Of a stretch of 32,000 nt of DNA, positions 27,546-32,000 are shown piece by piece. Origin of the DNA: Methanosphaera stadtmanae DSM 3091 (GTDB lineage Archaea > Methanobacteriota > Methanobacteria > Methanobacteriales > Methanobacteriaceae); the NCBI RefSeq assembly GCF_000012545.1, contig NC_007681.1, positions 450,001 through 482,000 on the forward strand, read 5' to 3'. How positions within the stretch are numbered: the first letter of the stretch is position 1; every line of letters starts with the position of its first letter. Under the pieces are notes generated by a model. It saw only the letters and a list, made by a program, of their open reading frames with translations. It was not told the DNA's origin and searched no databases. The translations under genes and the position numbers were made by a program.

Positions 27546-28433
27546 ATGTTTTTTTATGCAGATAATATGATGAATTTTGCTTTTTCAAAATCTATAGATA
27601 ATGAAGAGGAAATAGAGGAAGGTTATGCTATTATGGGTGTTGGATTTGACAGTACAACAAGTTACATGGCAGGTTCAAGGTATGGTCCAAAGGCTGTTAG
27701 AGAAGCTTCATATAATTTTGAATCATATAATTTATCATTTGATACTTCACTAACTGCTTGTAGTTATGATATTGGAGATGTGTTTGTAAATACAGGAAAT
27801 TATGAAACAACACATGTTATGATTAAAGATACTGTAAAATCCATCCTTGAGATGGATTTGTATCCTATTGTAATAGGGGGAGAACACACAATTACAAATG
27901 GTGTTCTTGGTGGTATATATGATTTTAATGAGGATCTTTTTCATAATTTAACAGTAGTGCATTTTGATGCTCATTTTGATATGAGAGATACATATCTTGA
28001 TGAGAAATATTCACATGCAACAGTACTTAGAAGAATCCATGAACACAAACCCCAACAAATAATACAACTAGGTATACGATCAGCACAAAAAGAAGAATAT
28101 GAATATGTAAAACAACAAGATAACATATCATACTATACAAATCATGATATTAAAGAAAATAAGAACGAAATACTAAAAGTATTAGAAAAAATAGATACAC
28201 CCATTTATATTACAGTAGATATTGATGTCCTAGATCCAGCATATGCACCCTCTGTAGGAACACCAGCACCATGTGGAATTACACCATATGATTTGGAGGA
28301 TATGATTGGAGTACTTTCAAAAAAGAATGTAGTGGGTATTGATGTGGTTGAAGTTTCATCAAATACAATAGGAGATACAACAAGTATAAATGCAGCAAAG
28401 GTAATCTATGACTTTTTATCACTACAAGACTAA
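27546..28433 (+). CDS. speB: Agmatinase (ureohydrolase family)
   Basis: Mn-binding motifs GGEHTIT, HFDAHFDMRD, TVDIDVLDPAYAPSVGTP. Confidence 0.85.
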   Translation: MFFYADNMMNFAFSKSIDNEEEIEEGYAIMGVGFDSTTSYMAGSRYGPKAVREASYNFESYNLSFDTSLTACSYDIGDVFVNTGNYETTHVMIKDTVKSILEMDLYPIVIGGEHTITNGVLGGIYDFNEDLFHNLTVVHFDAHFDMRDTYLDEKYSHATVLRRIHEHKPQQIIQLGIRSAQKEEYEYVKQQDNISYYTNHDIKENKNEILKVLEKIDTPIYITVDIDVLDPAYAPSVGTPAPCGITPYDLEDMIGVLSKKNVVGIDVVEVSSNTIGDTTSINAAKVIYDFLSLQD

Positions 28434-28509
28434 CTAAACTTAATAACAAATAAAATATATAATTTTAAATAATAACTTAAAAAATTAATTAATAAAAAGA
28501 TGATTTAAA

Positions 28510-29475
28510 ATGTTTCCAGTTACAAGAATGAGAAGAATGAGATCAGATGAAAGAATAAGAAGCATGTTTCGTGAAACAAGTGTAGATATTAGTGATTTTA
28601 TATATCCACTATATATTAAAGAATCAACAGAAAATGGAAATCCTGAAGAAATAAGTACAATGCCCGGTCAATACAGATATTCTGTTGATGATGCAGTAGA
28701 TTTTGCAGGACTTCTTGAAGATGATGGTTTAACATCAGTAATACTCTTTGGAATACCAGATTATAAAGATGAAAAAGCATCCAGTGCATATGATAAAAAT
28801 GGTATAATTCAACAAACAATCAAAGCATTAAAAGAACAAACAAACCTAGTTGTTTTAGGTGATGTTTGTATGTGTGAATATACAGATCATGGACATTGTG
28901 GTATAATAAAAGATAACTATGTTCAAAACGATGAAACACTAAAATATCTATCAAAAATAGCAGTAAGCTATGCAGATGCAGGAGTAGATGTAGTAGCACC
29001 AAGTGATATGATGGATGGAAGAGTAGGTGCAATTCGTGAAGCACTAGATAAAAATGATTATATCAATACTCCAATATTTTCATATGCAGCAAAATATGCA
29101 TCCACATACTATGCACCATTTAGGGATGCAGCAGATTCAACTCCAAGCTTTGGTGATCGTAAATCCTATCAAATGGATCCAGCAAATTTCAATGAAGCAA
29201 TTAGAGAAGTAGCATTAGATGTTCAAGAAGGAACAGATGCTATTATTGTTAAACCAGCACTAGCATATTTAGATGTCTTACGTGAAGTAAAACAAACATT
29301 TAAAATGCCAACAATAGCATACCAAGTAAGTGGTGAATATTCAATGATACAGGCAGGAATAGAAAAAGGATACATTACAGAAGATTTACTATATGAAACA
29401 CTACTTAGTATAAAACGTGCTGGAGCAGATATGATTATAAGTTATTTTGTACCACAACTACTTGGTATAGAATAG
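28510..29475 (+). CDS. hemB: Porphobilinogen synthase (delta-aminolevulinic acid dehydratase)
   Basis: RMRRMR near the N-terminus, zinc site [14 protein letters not shown], and active-site lysine contexts (IVKPA; AYQVSGEY). Confidence 0.9.
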   Translation: MFPVTRMRRMRSDERIRSMFRETSVDISDFIYPLYIKESTENGNPEEISTMPGQYRYSVDDAVDFAGLLEDDGLTSVILFGIPDYKDEKASSAYDKNGIIQQTIKALKEQTNLVVLGDVCMCEYTDHGHCGIIKDNYVQNDETLKYLSKIAVSYADAGVDVVAPSDMMDGRVGAIREALDKNDYINTPIFSYAAKYASTYYAPFRDAADSTPSFGDRKSYQMDPANFNEAIREVALDVQEGTDAIIVKPALAYLDVLREVKQTFKMPTIAYQVSGEYSMIQAGIEKGYITEDLLYETLLSIKRAGADMIISYFVPQLLGIE

Positions 29476-29487
29476 AACAATATCTTC

Positions 29488-29505
29488 TTTTTTTTTACTT
29501 TTTTT
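29488..29505 (+). terminator. T9 + T7 tracts downstream of hemB
   Basis: cTTTTTTTTTacTTTTTTTag, 13 nt after the stop codon. Confidence 0.5.
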
Positions 29506-29818
29506 AGTACCTAAAAGATTTAATTTTAAAACAATTCCATTTTTAATTTTAAATGGATTTAATACTAAAATCATACATTTTTTTTATAATACTTGTTAAA
29601 ATACTTGCTAATTTTTATTTTAGTAACTTAAATATCTTTTATATGTATTTTTAATTGTGGTGATGTAATTTAAGTAAATTTAAATTCTAAATCTATTGGA
29701 TCTTTTATAAAAACTTTATTATTATTCAAAATATTTTTAAGGCATATTTTATAGATTTATTATTATCACTTTTTTTATTAAAATTCATTTTTTTAAAAGA
29801 AGTTAAGGAGTTGATTTT

Positions 29819-30133
29819 ATAAATTCTAGTGTTAAAAAAGGCACTGATTTTATTGATAATGTAACTGATAATATTTCTATTGTTTTAGATGATTCTAAGT
29901 CTAATATTAATTTAGATGATAATTCTGAAGTAAAAATGGTAAAAGTATTAAAAATAATAGATAAGATAGAATCACCTAAAATAGCAAAAACTGCTAAAAT
30001 TGCCGTTGATGATATTGTTAAATATCATGATGATTATTATGAATTTCTATTTGGTGAAAGTTTTGGTAACAAAATTAAAGAAGATGTTGAACCATATCTC
30101 AATGGTTCTAAACACATATGGGGATGGACATAA
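29819..30133 (+). CDS. Hypothetical small acidic protein (65 aa from ATG 29936; 104 aa if initiated at ATA 29819 behind the SD)
   Basis: The frame is open from the TAA stop at 29804. SD AAGGAG (29805-29810) is followed 8 nt later by in-frame ATA 29819. ATG 29936 has no SD. The stop overlaps the next gene's ATG (TAATG). Confidence 0.45.
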   Translation: MNSSVKKGTDFIDNVTDNISIVLDDSKSNINLDDNSEVKMVKVLKIIDKIESPKIAKTAKIAVDDIVKYHDDYYEFLFGESFGNKIKEDVEPYLNGSKHIWGWT

Positions 30134-30141
30134 TGGACATA
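30124..30141. repeat. Perfect 9-nt tandem duplication ATGGACATA x2 spanning the stop/start junction of the two hypothetical genes
   Basis: atggacata atggacata read directly. It creates the duplicated MDI-MDI N-terminus and two alternative ATGs. Confidence 0.7.
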
Positions 30142-30795
30142 ATTTCAGGTTTATTTTTCATGATTATGGTAGTTTTTCTTCCAATTGTGATTTTAAGCCT
30201 TCCTTTTATTTTGTTAGATAAACTTCTTTTATCTGATTTTTTTTATAATAAAACAGGAATTAAAACCTATGTCATGTGGTATGGTAAAAAAAGATATCTT
30301 GATAAATATGCTCTTTTCATAACTTTAGGTCTTATTAGTACAATTATAGGTGGTATGGGTTATTATGTATATTATTTAACAGGACTATTTGCTTACTTTA
30401 AGATTGCAGCACTCTATGATATATGTTTAATTTATATTGGTATTTTAATTTATCTTCGTAAAAAATTCTTCTTTTATATAGATGAGGAGAAAAAAGAGGA
30501 AGATAGGGTATATCCCATACCATATATTATAATTAGTATGATATGTGATGTTACAATAAATGTTGGTATCATGATTATATATGTATTATATCGTATAACA
30601 CATGGTGGTATTTTAATATTTGTTATGATAATACTTGTTGTACTACTACATTTAACTGTATTTCCAGATTATATCAATAAAGTACTTCCAATAGAGATTA
30701 GAACATCAGAGGGATTATCTTTATTCCTATTTTTATGCTTTTTTTTATGGGCTATAATAATGAGGGTTATATTAATAATAGGATTGGCTTTGTAG
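30124..30795 (+). CDS. Hypothetical integral membrane protein (about 6 TM segments)
   Basis: About six hydrophobic stretches and a cytosolic loop DEEKKEEDR. Possible starts are 30118, 30124 and 30133; ATG 30133 overlaps the upstream stop as TAATG. A T9 tract (30817-30825) follows. Confidence 0.6.
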   Translation: MDIMDIISGLFFMIMVVFLPIVILSLPFILLDKLLLSDFFYNKTGIKTYVMWYGKKRYLDKYALFITLGLISTIIGGMGYYVYYLTGLFAYFKIAALYDICLIYIGILIYLRKKFFFYIDEEKKEEDRVYPIPYIIISMICDVTINVGIMIIYVLYRITHGGILIFVMIILVVLLHLTVFPDYINKVLPIEIRTSEGLSLFLFLCFFLWAIIMRVILIIGLAL

Positions 30796-31729
30796 AAAAG
30801 TTATATCCACACTATATTTTTTTTTAAATTTTAATAATGTAAAATCAGATTTTACACTTGAAATGGAATATAATTGAAAATTGGAATGTTAATAAAGTTT
30901 AAATTAGTGATATGTGATATAATAAATATTAATGTTAGAAAGTAGAAGGGATATTATTACGAAACTTAAAAACAGATATTCTATAAATACTTATTTCTCT
31001 TCTAGACAACTTAAACTTTTGATTTTGTGTTGAAAAGATCTAAAAATAATTACTTATTATATTCAATTAAAGTATATTACTAAACTTAGATGGTGGATGA
31101 TACATTAAAACAAACATGGGAAATTATAGATAACAAATATATTTTTTTTTATGAATATAGGTCAGAAAGAGAATGTTAGCAAATAGTGGGATGTTCTCAC
31201 AAAATTATTCAAATTTAATACAAATTTCAAGAACATGGAATTAATAAAGACATATGGGCAGACCCCTTTATTATATCAACAGTTATGGTAGACAATGCCA
31301 CAATTGTTATAACTTAAAATAAAATAAATAATACAAGAAATAAGTTTTAACACGTATATAAAGAAGTATATGTACTTTTTATTGATTTTAATGAGTTTAT
31401 CACGTGTTGGATAGGAAAATATATAATTAAAATTAAAAATAAGATAAAATAATGTATTAAAAGGGGATTAATAATAATTTGTATACTATTAAGTCTATTT
31501 TAAAAATATTTATACTTTAAATCAAGTTTTCATACTATTGTTTTCACACTATTTATTTTTCTAGTCTATTTTAAACTCTTATTTATTCTTTTATTTTTCA
31601 TATTATATTAAATTTAAATTTATTAATCTTATTCTTTAAATCAATAAAAAATAATATTTATATAGTATAGAAAATAAATTATAATAATAAGAAAAAATTA
31701 AAATTTTTAATTTTAATTAGGAGGTTAAT

Positions 31730-32000
31730 ATGAGACTAATAATTAAATTCAATCCATTATCTGATTGTAAATACGATGCAATTGGTAAATATGATATACA
31801 AGGTTTTATATATTCATTGTTAAAAGATACTGAATTTAAAAACTATCATGATATAAAAGGCTTTAAATTCTTTACATTTTCCAATATATTTCCAGTATGT
31901 GACTTTAAACAAGATAATTTAAAAACAATAATTATATCATCTCCAAGTAGTGCGTTTATTAAAGTACTATATTATCAATTATCAAACTTAGAAATATTTA
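31730..32000 (+). CDS. cas6: CRISPR-associated endoribonuclease Cas6, N-terminal 90 codons; continues past the right edge
   Basis: Absent from the ORF track because it is open at the window edge. My translation is MRLIIKFNPLSDCKYDAIGKYDIQGFIYSLLKDTEFKNYHDIKGFKFFTFSNIFPV.... It follows the Cas6 N-terminal pattern MR(L/F)xI+...Y..QG.IY.....H..KG.K.FT.S, as I recall for Pyrococcus Cas6. SD GGAGG lies 5 nt upstream. Confidence 0.7.
   Translation, partial: MRLIIKFNPLSDCKYDAIGKYDIQGFIYSLLKDTEFKNYHDIKGFKFFTFSNIFPVCDFKQDNLKTIIISSPSSAFIKVLYYQLSNLEIF

Noticed and set aside
30000-30221. 73-aa ORF in a third frame bridging the two hypothetical genes
   Set aside because: It overlaps both better-supported frames, and it has no SD and no features.
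30796-31729. Possible CRISPR array or leader next to cas6
   Set aside because: I found no regularly spaced direct repeats of 24-40 nt. The only repeats are one 13-mer pair and short AT-rich words. Any array must lie outside the window.

Overview
Very AT-rich archaeal chromosome segment with strong Shine-Dalgarno sites. The gene content points to a methanogen of the Methanobacteriales (Methanosphaera/Methanobrevibacter-like): MCR component A2 (atwA), an mfnD/mfnF-like pair, a cofH-like radical SAM enzyme, archaeal FAD synthase ribL, 2-phosphoglycerate kinase and cbiMNQO. I support about 35 protein-coding genes, almost all housekeeping: truA, hisA, dys, pyrF, tldD, AMMECR1, Nog1 GTPase, Hsp20, ZPR1, nadC, rnz, rfcS/rfcL, speB and hemB. 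I found no rRNA, tRNA, transposase, integrase or CRISPR array. I did not find a convincing multi-gene novel system, and most of the window is ordinary core genome. Points worth a second look: (1) rnz has no canonical start codon in front of its conserved N-terminus. ribL and one hypothetical gene show the same pattern of a strong SD followed 6-10 nt later by ATT or ATA. (2) A 152-aa, very acidic protein aligns without gaps to the archaeal histone fold and carries acidic tails at both ends. (3) The right edge enters a cas locus (cas6 N-terminus), preceded by about 930 bp of non-coding DNA and by an uncharacterised small-protein/6-TM-membrane-protein pair. (4) Several unusually long intergenic regions, one with a GC-richer island, plus an A8G9 homopolymer junction and a terminator-like hairpin inside the cbiMNQO operon. 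All functional calls rest on motif and pattern recognition from memory; no database search was possible.
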